Assembly (NCBI GenBank): GCA_052390235.1
Contig: JBQTHB010000006.1
Coordinates: 192,001-256,000 of the forward strand
Length of the DNA stretch: 64,000 bases
From: Deltaproteobacteria bacterium
GTDB lineage: Bacteria > Desulfobacterota_D > UBA1144 > Nemesobacterales > CSP1-2
Reading direction: 5' to 3'
Shown here: in pieces, positions 51,577-60,605 of the stretch
Layout: each line of letters starts with the position of its first letter
Position numbering within the stretch: the first letter of the stretch is position 1
Notes under the pieces: model-generated
Told to the model about the DNA's origin: nothing
The model's database searches: none
What the model saw: the letters and a program-made list of their open reading frames with translations, nothing else
Program-made: the position numbers and the translations under genes

Positions 51577-52398
51577 ATGGAGCGGATTTGGGTTCTAATT
51601 CAGGCGAGCAGGCCCCTTGGGTGGCTAATTGCGCCTTTTGTGTTCTCGTTCGGCTTGGTTTATTCGGGGGCGGCGTTCTCAAAATTAGCCGTTTTGGAGC
51701 TGATTTTATTATCATTTCCATATTCGGTTCTGCTCTTTGGGATAAACGACATCTATGACTCGGAATCGGATGGGATAAATCCGAGAAAAAAGCTACGCGC
51801 CCTGCCCCCGCGCTACCGCCCGCTCATTGCGCAGTCATCCCTTGCCGCATCGGCCCTGCTCATTTCAGCCTCGATAGCGACGCTAAACCCATCGAACCTC
51901 TTGGGCATGGCTCTAGCCCTGTTTATATCCTACTTTTATTCAGCCCCCCCGCTTAGATTAAAAGAGCGCCCCCCGCTCGATTCTATATCGAATGGAGCGG
52001 TGTTTTTCCTCATCTTCGCCGTTGGCCACAGCTTTGGCAAAGGGATTGGGGAAATACCGTGGAAGATATACTTTGTGGCAATGTGCGTGATGGGGATTCA
52101 CGCGTTCAGCACGATTATGGACTCAGAGGCGGACAGGGCGGCAGGGCAGAGAACCTTTGCCGTCGCGCTTGGGGGAAGAGCGGCGGCGCTATTCGCGGCG
52201 GGGACGTTTATTGCCGCTTTAATTTATTCGGATATCGGCTCGGCGGTGATTAATTACTATTTTCTCTACTGCGCTCTGCTGTTTGCGGCGGCGGCTTTTA
52301 ATCCAACCCAGAGGCGGGCGGGGGCTATATTTAAGCTCGTATTCGCGGGATTCGTCGCCACTGCCATCGCATTTTTAATGACTTATAAGCGGCATTAA
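51577..52398 (+). CDS. UbiA family prenyltransferase, lycopene elongase (LyeJ/CrtEb)-like
   Basis: SRP, GINDIYDSESDGINPRK, YSAPPLRLKERPPLDSISNG, HAFSTIMDSEADRAAG. Confidence 0.8.
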   Translation: MERIWVLIQASRPLGWLIAPFVFSFGLVYSGAAFSKLAVLELILLSFPYSVLLFGINDIYDSESDGINPRKKLRALPPRYRPLIAQSSLAASALLISASIATLNPSNLLGMALALFISYFYSAPPLRLKERPPLDSISNGAVFFLIFAVGHSFGKGIGEIPWKIYFVAMCVMGIHAFSTIMDSEADRAAGQRTFAVALGGRAAALFAAGTFIAALIYSDIGSAVINYYFLYCALLFAAAAFNPTQRRAGAIFKLVFAGFVATAIAFLMTYKRH

Positions 52399-52583
52399 TC
52401 AAATTTAAGTAATTATATTAATTTTTCCTATTTTCCTATTGCATTTTCCTCTCGGATTAGGCATTATCAGGGAGGTTATTTCATAGCTCCATGGAATCTC
52501 GCGGAGGCAATATCGAAGTAAATCAACCAACCCGTACTTTTATTTCATAATAAATTAAGCAAAATCACCTGAGGGGGTGCAGA

Positions 52584-53414
52584 ATGCAAGACGAACATAT
52601 GACTTTTTTAATGGTCGTTCCGAGGAGGAGCGGCGTAAGGTCGGTCAACTTGAAATTTTCTCATATTAAAATGGCGGCAGGTGGGTTAGCCGCTTTTGTT
52701 TTATTGGTTTTCTGCTTTTTTATCTATACCTTCAGCGTATATAGAGACGCAACCGATAAAGCCGGCTCGGTTAATCACCTCAAAAGCCAGATAAACGCCC
52801 TAAATACAAACCTCAATACCAACGAAGCGCAAAAACAAGACCTCAGAGAGCGATTCGAGGAAATCGAGGGGAAACTGCTCGAAATGCAGGAATTACTCGA
52901 TAAAAAAGGCATCAAAAACGACCTATCCGTCGGAGGCGAATTCATCCCGGCAGATAAGGCAACCTCCACATACCTAGACATTATGGAAAAAGACATAAGA
53001 TCACTTTTTGAAGCCGTGCAAACCCTGCCTATTGGAAGACCAATGCCCGGCGAGATAAACTCCGGCTTCGGCAACAGAACCGACCCGTTTAACTCAAAAC
53101 CCGCCTTCCACTCTGGCATAGATATTGAGGCAAAACTCGGAGACCCGATAATTTCCACCGCGGACGGCGTTGTGGCGCAGGCAGGCAACTACGCTAGATA
53201 CGGGGAAACTGTCATTGTGAAGCATAAAATCGGATATAAAACCCTCTACGGGCATTTATCCAAAGTAGGCGTAAAAGTGGGAGAGAGGGTTAAATCCGGC
53301 GATGTCATCGGATACGCCGGCTCCACGGGACGCTCAACAGGCGTACACCTCCACTATGAAGTCATCTTAAACGGCAAAGCTGTTGACCCAATGAAATATT
53401 TATCCCTGAGGTAA
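52584..53414 (+). CDS. Membrane-anchored M23 peptidoglycan endopeptidase
   Basis: TM, coiled coil, HSGID, LYGHL, STGVHLHYEV. Confidence 0.92.
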   Translation: MQDEHMTFLMVVPRRSGVRSVNLKFSHIKMAAGGLAAFVLLVFCFFIYTFSVYRDATDKAGSVNHLKSQINALNTNLNTNEAQKQDLRERFEEIEGKLLEMQELLDKKGIKNDLSVGGEFIPADKATSTYLDIMEKDIRSLFEAVQTLPIGRPMPGEINSGFGNRTDPFNSKPAFHSGIDIEAKLGDPIISTADGVVAQAGNYARYGETVIVKHKIGYKTLYGHLSKVGVKVGERVKSGDVIGYAGSTGRSTGVHLHYEVILNGKAVDPMKYLSLR

Positions 53415-53420
53415 AACGCT

Positions 53421-53882
53421 ATGTTTGGAAGAAACAAAGACAAAAAGCAACTCGGACTCAAACCCAAGGAAGTAACCACGCTCATAGGCGAGGGGAGCAT
53501 TGTCGAAGGGGATATAAGCTGTCCCCTGTCCATAAGGCTCGATGGCCACGTTAAGGGAAACGTTAAGGCTAAGGGAAGCGTCATAGTCGGGGAAAAGTCG
53601 GTTGTAACGGGCATAGTGAAAGCCATTGAAGTTATGGTCTATGGTAAGGTGGAAGGGGGAGTCGAGGCGCAGAGGCTTGAGATAAAAAAATACGCCACTG
53701 TATCGGGAGACGTCATCACGAGGCATCTGACAATAGAAGAAGACGGCTTCTTCAACGGCAGATGTATAATGGAGAGGTCTTCCGAGAGATACGCCGAGAG
53801 AATAGCCGGCTACGAAAGCGTCTCGGTGGAAACAAAGCCCGCTCAGGGCGAGCTTGAAGCAAAGAATCAGGAACACATCTAA
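53421..53882 (+). CDS. Bactofilin (CcmA-like polymer-forming cytoskeletal protein)
   Basis: MFG N-terminus, TLIGEG...GDI...RLDG.VKG beta-helix repeats, FNGRCIM. Confidence 0.92.
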   Translation: MFGRNKDKKQLGLKPKEVTTLIGEGSIVEGDISCPLSIRLDGHVKGNVKAKGSVIVGEKSVVTGIVKAIEVMVYGKVEGGVEAQRLEIKKYATVSGDVITRHLTIEEDGFFNGRCIMERSSERYAERIAGYESVSVETKPAQGELEAKNQEHI

Positions 53883-53956
53883 TCTCTTGATATGCGGGCC
53901 CGGCTGCGAATAAAATTCCGCAAACGGCTCGGAGGAGGCGGCGGCTATGCCATCCA

Positions 53957-54053
53957 AGAAAAATGAAAAGCGGGAACATCTGTTATTTCGACATTCCCGC
54001 TCTCATAAAGGAGGATGGAGGATGATTTTTATTAAGTCATCAGATTAATTACA
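53957..54053 (-). ncRNA. Candidate small regulatory RNA with tandem CCUCC motifs
   Basis: Own promoter, GAUGA/UCAUC hairpin, CAUCCUCCAUCCUCCUU, ~17-bp terminator stem followed by a U tract. No plausible SD-led ORF on this strand. Confidence 0.6.
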
Positions 54054-54059
54054 TAAGTA

Positions 54060-54088
54060 ATAATAAAGTGATGCGCTTAAGTTGTCAA
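54060..54088 (-). promoter_or_regulatory. sigma70 promoter of the candidate sRNA
   Basis: TTGACA (54088-83), 17 nt, TATTAT (54065-60). Confidence 0.7.
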
Positions 54089-54123
54089 GGGAAATTTTTC
54101 TATTCCAAGAAATATGCGGTTTC

Positions 54124-55326
54124 CTAAGAGAGTAGCTTTATTTCGGCTATCCTATCGAGAATCCTCTCGGCTAGTTCGCTCTTAGCCAGGAGGGGATATT
54201 CCTCGACTTTCCCCGTTTTATCGAGAAAATAAGCGACGTTCGTATCCTCGCCGAAGCCCGAGCCGGGCGCTAATATGTCGTTTGCCACGATGAGGTCGAG
54301 GTTTTTCTTTCGGAGTTTCCCCATGGCGTTTTCCACAATGTTTTCAGCCTCGGCGGCAAATCCGACGAGAATTTTCCCGTTTTTGACCCTGCCGAGTTCC
54401 TGTAGAATATCCACCGTGCGGACAAGGTGAAGGGTAAATTCGTTTGGCCCCTTTTTAATTTTTCCCACTACCGCGTTAATCGGAGAGTAATCCCCGACTG
54501 CGGCAGCTTTTATCACTACGCTTGACCAATCGAGGGAGTCCATAACGGCCCTGTGCATTTCAGCGACGCTTAGAACGGGAATTAATTCAACCCCATTAGG
54601 GGCAGGCACGTCGGCTTTGCCTGAGATGAGCTTTACCTCTGCCCCTCTCATCCAAGCCGCTTTTGCGATGGCGTAACCCATTTTGCCGCTCGATGGGTTG
54701 GATATAAACCTCACCGAGTCAATAAATTCCCTCGTGGCGCCTGCGGTAACGATAATTCTCTCTCCCTTGAGGTCTTGAGGGGAGAAAATTTTATTTATCT
54801 CATCGGCAATCTCGCCGACATCCGGCAGTCTCCCCCGCCCCTCCCATCCGCAGGCAAGAGAGCCTTCGGCGGGTTCAACTACGGTAAATCCGCGCCTCCT
54901 GAGCGCTGCGATATTATCCTGCACGGCGGGGTTGGTATACATATTCACATTCATTGCCGGGAATATCATTACCGGAGCCTTAGTTGCCAGAATCACGGTA
55001 AGCAGGAGGTTGTCGGCGAGTCCCGAAGCCGCTTTGCCTATGAAACCCGCAGTCGCCGGAGCCACCACAACGAGGTCGGCGCAGTCAGCGAGCTTTATAT
55101 GGCCTATCTCGGATTCCCATTCGGTATCAAAGGTACTCACCGCTACGCGCCGCCCGGAGAGGGTTTGAAACGTGAGAGGCGTAACGAATTCCATGGCGTT
55201 TTTCGTCATAATCACCTGAACCGAGGCTTTAGCCTTAACGAGCATCCTTACAAGCTCGCACGCCTTGTAGGCGGCAATGCCTCCGGTAACGCCGAGAATT
55301 ATATTTTTCCCTTCGATTTTTGTCAT
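54124..55326 (-). CDS. coaBC: Bifunctional PPC decarboxylase / PPC synthetase
   Basis: GVTGGIAAYKA, PAMNVNM, LACG, SNPSSGKMG, GFAAE. AAAGGAG SD before ATG 55326. Confidence 0.97.
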   Translation of the reverse strand: MTKIEGKNIILGVTGGIAAYKACELVRMLVKAKASVQVIMTKNAMEFVTPLTFQTLSGRRVAVSTFDTEWESEIGHIKLADCADLVVVAPATAGFIGKAASGLADNLLLTVILATKAPVMIFPAMNVNMYTNPAVQDNIAALRRRGFTVVEPAEGSLACGWEGRGRLPDVGEIADEINKIFSPQDLKGERIIVTAGATREFIDSVRFISNPSSGKMGYAIAKAAWMRGAEVKLISGKADVPAPNGVELIPVLSVAEMHRAVMDSLDWSSVVIKAAAVGDYSPINAVVGKIKKGPNEFTLHLVRTVDILQELGRVKNGKILVGFAAEAENIVENAMGKLRKKNLDLIVANDILAPGSGFGEDTNVAYFLDKTGKVEEYPLLAKSELAERILDRIAEIKLLS

Positions 55327-55467
55327 CTGCCCGGTCTCCTTTCGAGGAGTAATTATAGAAGATGACAGATGGAGTGGCAAACCAAGCGGGCGAGAGGATA
55401 AAGCGGCGGGTAATTCGGGGTTTTTTCAGATATTCGGAACAGGAGTCTAAACAGCCTACGCGGCGGC

Positions 55468-55875
55468 TTAAGCCTCCCAAGCGATTTTGAATTTTCTTCC
55501 GTTTGACTCGATTTCTCTTGCTTTTTTATAGGAGAATATATTTTCCCAGAAATAATTTTCGGCGTCTCTGACCCCTCTGGATTTCAGCTCGCGCATGATT
55601 TCCCTGTATTTCTCGTCCGGCGGAAGGTCAGGGAGCAAATCAAAGAGAGTCGCCACGCAGGGACGCTTCGAGGGTTCTATCCTCTCCCACCCTACCCATT
55701 TTTTGGTTGTCTTGGAGATTAAAATCTTCTCGCCGACAGCGCAAAGAGGCATATCTTTTATCGTCCAAGCAGGGAGGAATTCACCGTAGTAGTATTCAAA
55801 AGCGCTCTCCAGCACTTCGCTCCACTTGAGCGGCACGTCGTCAGAATTTGATAAATCCCTAGCTATTGAATCCAT
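55468..55875 (-). CDS. Hypothetical cytoplasmic protein (putatively sigma54-controlled)
   Basis: 135-aa ORF with a GAGG SD, fills the intergenic space. No recognisable motif. Confidence 0.65.
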   Translation of the reverse strand: MDSIARDLSNSDDVPLKWSEVLESAFEYYYGEFLPAWTIKDMPLCAVGEKILISKTTKKWVGWERIEPSKRPCVATLFDLLPDLPPDEKYREIMRELKSRGVRDAENYFWENIFSYKKAREIESNGRKFKIAWEA

Positions 55876-55923
55876 TACAATCGCCTCTGTTCACGATTTA
55901 TTATTGGCTCACAGCTATAAGTC

Positions 55924-55938
55924 GCAAGATATATGCCA
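55924..55938 (-). promoter_or_regulatory. sigma54 -24/-12 promoter
   Basis: TGGCATATATCTTGC (GG-N10-GC). An IHF-consensus match, AATCAGAGTATTA, lies at 55966-55954. Confidence 0.7.
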
Positions 55939-56093
55939 TGAGAGATAAAAACTTAATACTCTGATTTCATTGGATTATTTGAGAATTTGCGCCCGCTCTA
56001 TTGCAGTCATGGGGCAAATTTCGTCATCCGGATGCCAATTTAGGTCATCGAACGAGGTTGTGCCGGGCGAGATTGTCGCATAGTATTTACTCA

Positions 56094-56993
56094 ATGCCTG
56101 AGATTGCGCCGGAGAAATTAAAATCCATCTTACATGAGGACGGAACTCTCAGAGACGGGGGTGAGGCGGTTATCGAGGAAATTATATCAAACCCCCGAAC
56201 CGACGATGTAACGGTCGCCTATATTGCCCAGAGGACTTATAATTCGAGGCTCATTGAACTCATCTTGGGCGATAAAGCCAGAGTTCTGCGCTCGCCGGAT
56301 ATTATCGAGGCTCTCGGCAACAACCCCTCGGCAAACCGCTCGGCTCTGGACAAAGCCCTCGCGATGCTCTGCGCATATCTGAAGGCAAAAGGGCTGATAC
56401 CGAACCCTGCGGCGGAAAGTAGCGATGATGCAACGGCGGATGAGGCTCAGGCTGAGGAATCGGATATTGCATCGTTATCCGGCGTGGTGAAGGAGTCGTT
56501 CCTAGATAATATTCCAACGTCCGCGGACTTTATAGTGGAAAACGGGGGCGGCGATGCGCCCGGCAGTAAGAAACCGATTAATTTCCTATATCGGATAAAG
56601 CGCATGACCGTGCCAGAGCGGATAAAGCTCGCCATGATGGGCAACGCCGACGCAAGGAAAATCCTCATTCGAGACCAAAACAGAATCGTAGCCGCCTCGG
56701 TGCTGAGAAATCCCCGCCTCCCAGACAGCGAAATTGTCCTCATCGCGCAGATAAAATCCGTTGGCGAAGACGTGCTTAGGGAAATCGCCGCAGTGCGCAA
56801 GTGGACGAAGATATATCTCGTAAAAGTCGCCCTGGTGAATAACCCCAAGACCCCGTCGGACGCGACATTGGGACTGCTCCGCCACCTGCGGGACAGGGAA
56901 CTTAATCTGCTCACACGAAACCGAGAGATACCGGGAGTTATCCTCAGCGCCGCGCGAAAAATTGCAAAAGACAGAAAAGAGCAGAAAAACTAG
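56094..56993 (+). CDS. Conserved hypothetical helical-repeat (LRV-like) protein
   Basis: Repeated NP motifs and MTVPERIKLAMMGN..AR.ILIRD...VLRNPRL...ALVNNPKTP, a pattern I recall from deltaproteobacteria. Start at ATG 56094. Confidence 0.7.
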   Translation: MPEIAPEKLKSILHEDGTLRDGGEAVIEEIISNPRTDDVTVAYIAQRTYNSRLIELILGDKARVLRSPDIIEALGNNPSANRSALDKALAMLCAYLKAKGLIPNPAAESSDDATADEAQAEESDIASLSGVVKESFLDNIPTSADFIVENGGGDAPGSKKPINFLYRIKRMTVPERIKLAMMGNADARKILIRDQNRIVAASVLRNPRLPDSEIVLIAQIKSVGEDVLREIAAVRKWTKIYLVKVALVNNPKTPSDATLGLLRHLRDRELNLLTRNREIPGVILSAARKIAKDRKEQKN

Positions 56994-57013
56994 AGCGAAG
57001 TGAATTTAAACCC

Positions 57014-57979
57014 ATGAGCGCTGAAAGCCCGATACAAACATTTGAGGTGTCGCCGGAGCTTGCCGGTAGGCGAACGGACGTATTTCTCGCGGAAATCCTA
57101 GAGGCAGTAAGCCGCTCTCAAATTCAGCGACTGATTGACGGGGGATTCATTCTCGTGGACGGCAGAGCCACAAAAGCGTCAAAAAAGCTCATTGCTGGGC
57201 AGAGGGTATCGGTAAATCTCCCCGAGCCTGAGCCGATAGAAGCCGAACCAGAGGACATAGAGATAGAAATTCTCCACGAGGACGCGTGGATTGTCGTCGT
57301 GAACAAACCCGCCGGACTCACCGTGCATCCCGGCGCGGGGCAGAAAAGCCGCACGCTCGTTAACGCCCTTCTCTTTAAATGCCGAGGGCTCTCAGGGATA
57401 GGCGGCAAAATCAGACCCGGCATCGTCCACAGACTCGACAGAGACACCTCAGGCGTAATAGTAGCCGCCAAGAACGACGCGGCGCACCGCTCGCTCGTCA
57501 ACCAATTCAAATCAAGGGACGTGAAAAAGCGGTATTCGGCAATCATCACCGGGAGTCCCAAAGCGGATTCAGGCTCTTTTTCAGACCGCATCGCAAGGCA
57601 CCCCGCTAATAGAGTGAAAATGGCGGCGGTCAAGAGCGGCGGAAGAGACGCCTTAACGCTCTGGCGCGTGAAAAGGAGATTCGCATCTCGGGCGGCTCTC
57701 GTCGAAGCCGAGCCTAAGACAGGACGCACGCATCAGATCCGGGTGCATTTTGCCGAGAACGGACACCCGCTCCTTGGGGACAGGGTCTATTTGGCAAATG
57801 AGAGGCAAGGGGCGCTAAGTAGGATTTCAAAGCGGCTAAACCGCCAAGCCCTCCACGCCGAAGCCATAGGGTTTTTCCATCCCGAAGGCGGACAATATGT
57901 GGAGTATTCAGCGCCCATGCCCGAAGACATGATGTCGGCAATATCCGAGCTTGAGAGGATGGGAAATGGGCTGGATTAA
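57014..57979 (+). CDS. rluD: RluA family pseudouridine synthase (RluD-like, with S4 domain)
   Basis: NKPAGL.VHPG, RPGIVHRLDRDTSG, TGRTHQIRVH, RQALHA. Confidence 0.9.
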   Translation: MSAESPIQTFEVSPELAGRRTDVFLAEILEAVSRSQIQRLIDGGFILVDGRATKASKKLIAGQRVSVNLPEPEPIEAEPEDIEIEILHEDAWIVVVNKPAGLTVHPGAGQKSRTLVNALLFKCRGLSGIGGKIRPGIVHRLDRDTSGVIVAAKNDAAHRSLVNQFKSRDVKKRYSAIITGSPKADSGSFSDRIARHPANRVKMAAVKSGGRDALTLWRVKRRFASRAALVEAEPKTGRTHQIRVHFAENGHPLLGDRVYLANERQGALSRISKRLNRQALHAEAIGFFHPEGGQYVEYSAPMPEDMMSAISELERMGNGLD

Positions 57980-58646
57980 ATCCGACATTTTATTGCGAGT
58001 ATCAGGAATCGCTCACGGCTTTTCGGACGGCAACCTCGGCGGCGCTTCGGCTGATGCCGCGCGCTCCTTGGGGCTTGAGAGAATCGTAACCGTGAGGCAG
58101 ATTCACGGCGATTCGGTCTATTGGGCAGACGGCGCGCGGTATGATGAAAGTTCAATGCCTGAGGCAGACGCGATAGTTTCAGGCGCGAAGGGGGTCGGCG
58201 CGGGGATTTTCACGGCCGACTGCGTGCCGGTTCTCATTGCCGGAGAGCGGGGAGTGGTAGCGGCGGTTCACGCGGGCTGGAGGGGAATTTATCGGGAGGT
58301 TGTTGAGGCCACGCTCCTTCAAATTACAGAGAGAAGGCACATCGGAGCCGGAGAGCTTGCCGCCGCCGTGGGCCCCTGCATCGGGAGTTGCTGTTACGAG
58401 GTGGGCGAGGAGGTAGCGTCGCAGTTCACGGAGAAATTCGAGGACGCCGGGGCATACATCCGCGCTACAGGGGCAGGGAAATACAGACTTGATTTGAGAG
58501 AGGCTACACGCGCCGCTCTTGAGAAAGCCGGAGTGCGAAGGGTGGATGTAATTGATATTTGCACGAAATGCAGGGCGGATTTTCACTCCTACAGGAGAGA
58601 CGGCAGGGATTCTGGAAGGCAGATTAGCGTTATCGGCATCCTCTGA
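57966..58646 (+). CDS. pgeF: Peptidoglycan editing factor PgeF / YfiH family
   Basis: QIHG, TADCVP, HAGWRG, GPCIG..CYEVG, CT.C, SYRR. Overlaps the end of rluD. Confidence 0.92.
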   Translation: MGWIKSDILLRVSGIAHGFSDGNLGGASADAARSLGLERIVTVRQIHGDSVYWADGARYDESSMPEADAIVSGAKGVGAGIFTADCVPVLIAGERGVVAAVHAGWRGIYREVVEATLLQITERRHIGAGELAAAVGPCIGSCCYEVGEEVASQFTEKFEDAGAYIRATGAGKYRLDLREATRAALEKAGVRRVDVIDICTKCRADFHSYRRDGRDSGRQISVIGIL

Positions 58647-58808
58647 TGCGAAGAGGCATCCCCGCCAAATTACTGCGCGCAAATAGACGATCAATGAGTT
58701 TTTATGCGAAAAATACTCTGCTTATTGTATCTTTAAAATCGTGTTATTATTACGGGCTGTTTAAGGGAATTTCGGATGAAAACATTAATTTAATCGGAGG
58801 TGTCGTCA

Positions 58809-59249
58809 ATGATAAAGATTTTGTGCTACGTAGAACCTGAGGATTATTGGACGCTGGACTCGACTGGGAAATCCAATGTGCCGGTGAATTATTACGGCTA
58901 CACGTTTGAAGTTAAAGGGGGCGGCGGAGAGACCTCAGGGGGATTCAGCTCAGCTAGGGTGTCCGTTATAGAGTTTTCAAATCTCCGAATGGCGATGGGA
59001 CTTGCTCTGCCGGAAGGTATAAAACTCGACGGAGAGTTCGAGCTTAGATTTATCTGCCATGAGAGAATGGAAGGCGATATTCCAGTGGTGTGCAAGCTCT
59101 CAAAAGAGGTAAAAAGTGCCTCCTACAAAGGGGACGACGAAGAGAAGCTCGAATTCATAGGGTTTACCCTAGAGAGGTTTTATGAGGGGAAAAATGCGAG
59201 ATTCTATTTCTACGACCTGAGGAAAGCCAAAATTGCCGACCCCAAATAG
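58809..59249 (+). CDS. Hypothetical protein
   Basis: ORF with a GGAGGT SD before ATG 58809. No recognised family. Confidence 0.65.
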   Translation: MIKILCYVEPEDYWTLDSTGKSNVPVNYYGYTFEVKGGGGETSGGFSSARVSVIEFSNLRMAMGLALPEGIKLDGEFELRFICHERMEGDIPVVCKLSKEVKSASYKGDDEEKLEFIGFTLERFYEGKNARFYFYDLRKAKIADPK

Positions 59250-59351
59250 CACCCTCATGATTGACGGATGAGCCCCGACATGGGGCGGGGGTGAGATGGG
59301 CGCAGAGGGGGTTTTGTTTTCAGAAATTTATGAGGAGGCTTAGAAAAAGTA

Positions 59352-60554
59352 ATGGCGCAAATCAAGAAAATTGTGCTTGCGTACTCCGGCGGCTTGGATA
59401 CGTCCATCATTCTGCGCTGGCTCATCGAGGAATACGGGGCGGAAGTCGTGGCGTTCGTCGCCGACCTTGGGCAGGGCGAGGATTTGGACGAGGTACGCCA
59501 GAAGGCTCTGAAAACAGGCGCGAGCAAGGTCTATATCGAGGATTTGAGGGAGGAGTTCGTAAGGGATTTCGTATTCACGGCTCTTCGGGCGAACGCCGTC
59601 TATGAGGGGACGTATCTGCTGGGAACGTCTCTGGGCAGACCGCTTATCGCAAAGAAGCAGATAGAGGTTGCCGCCATGGAATCCGCCGACGCCGTAGCGC
59701 ATGGAGCTACGGGAAAGGGGAACGACCAGGTGCGCTTCGAGCTGACTTATTACGCCCTTAATCCCGGAATTCGGGTCATCGCCCCTTGGCGGGAGTGGAA
59801 TCTGAAATCGAGGACGGATTTAATCGAGTACGCCAAGCGGCACGGCATTTCGATTCCTGTAACCCCGAAAAAACCCTACAGCTGCGATAGAAACATCTTC
59901 CACACGAGCTACGAGGGCGGAATCCTCGAAGACCCTTGGGCTGAGCCGCCTGAGGCGATGTTCGAGAGGACGGTCAACCCCGAAAATGCCCCCGACGAGC
60001 CGACTTATGTGGATATTGAGTTTTATCAGGGCGTTCCCGTAAGCGTTGACGGCGAGGAGTTGCCGCCCGTCGCCCTGCTTGCCAAGATAAACGACATCGG
60101 CGGCAAAAACGGCGTCGGCAGAGTGGATATGGTAGAGAACCGCTTTGTCGGCATAAAATCCCGCGGAGTCTATGAAACCCCCGGCGGAACGATACTTCAC
60201 GCCGCCCACAGAGGGGTTGAATCCATCACCATGGACAGGGAATCCATGCACCTCAGAGACGACCTAATGCCGAGATTCGCCGAGCTTATCTATTATGGAT
60301 TTTGGCACTCGCCGGAGATGAAAATGCTCAGAGCCGCAATAGAAGAATCGCAGAAGACGATAACCGGCGCGGCAAGGGTTAAAATTTACAAGGGCAACGT
60401 TTGGGTAGCCGGAAGGCGCTCGCCCTATTCGCTCTATCAGAAGGACTTGGCGACGTTTGAAGAGGATAGAGTCTATAATCAAGCCGACGCCACGGGGTTC
60501 ATCAAACTCAACGCCCTTAGACTCTCCGTAAACAAGCTCTCGGAAAACAAATAA
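59352..60554 (+). CDS. argG: Argininosuccinate synthase
   Basis: [32 protein letters not shown]. Confidence 0.98.
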   Translation: MAQIKKIVLAYSGGLDTSIILRWLIEEYGAEVVAFVADLGQGEDLDEVRQKALKTGASKVYIEDLREEFVRDFVFTALRANAVYEGTYLLGTSLGRPLIAKKQIEVAAMESADAVAHGATGKGNDQVRFELTYYALNPGIRVIAPWREWNLKSRTDLIEYAKRHGISIPVTPKKPYSCDRNIFHTSYEGGILEDPWAEPPEAMFERTVNPENAPDEPTYVDIEFYQGVPVSVDGEELPPVALLAKINDIGGKNGVGRVDMVENRFVGIKSRGVYETPGGTILHAAHRGVESITMDRESMHLRDDLMPRFAELIYYGFWHSPEMKMLRAAIEESQKTITGAARVKIYKGNVWVAGRRSPYSLYQKDLATFEEDRVYNQADATGFIKLNALRLSVNKLSENK

Positions 60555-60605
60555 ACGGGCGGGGCGGATTGCCCACCGGGCGGGAGTCCGTCCATCGTTG
60601 CCGAA

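Noticed and set aside
52399..52583. Riboswitch in the long M23 peptidase leader
   Set aside because: I could not recognise c-di-GMP, c-di-AMP or other aptamer consensus motifs.
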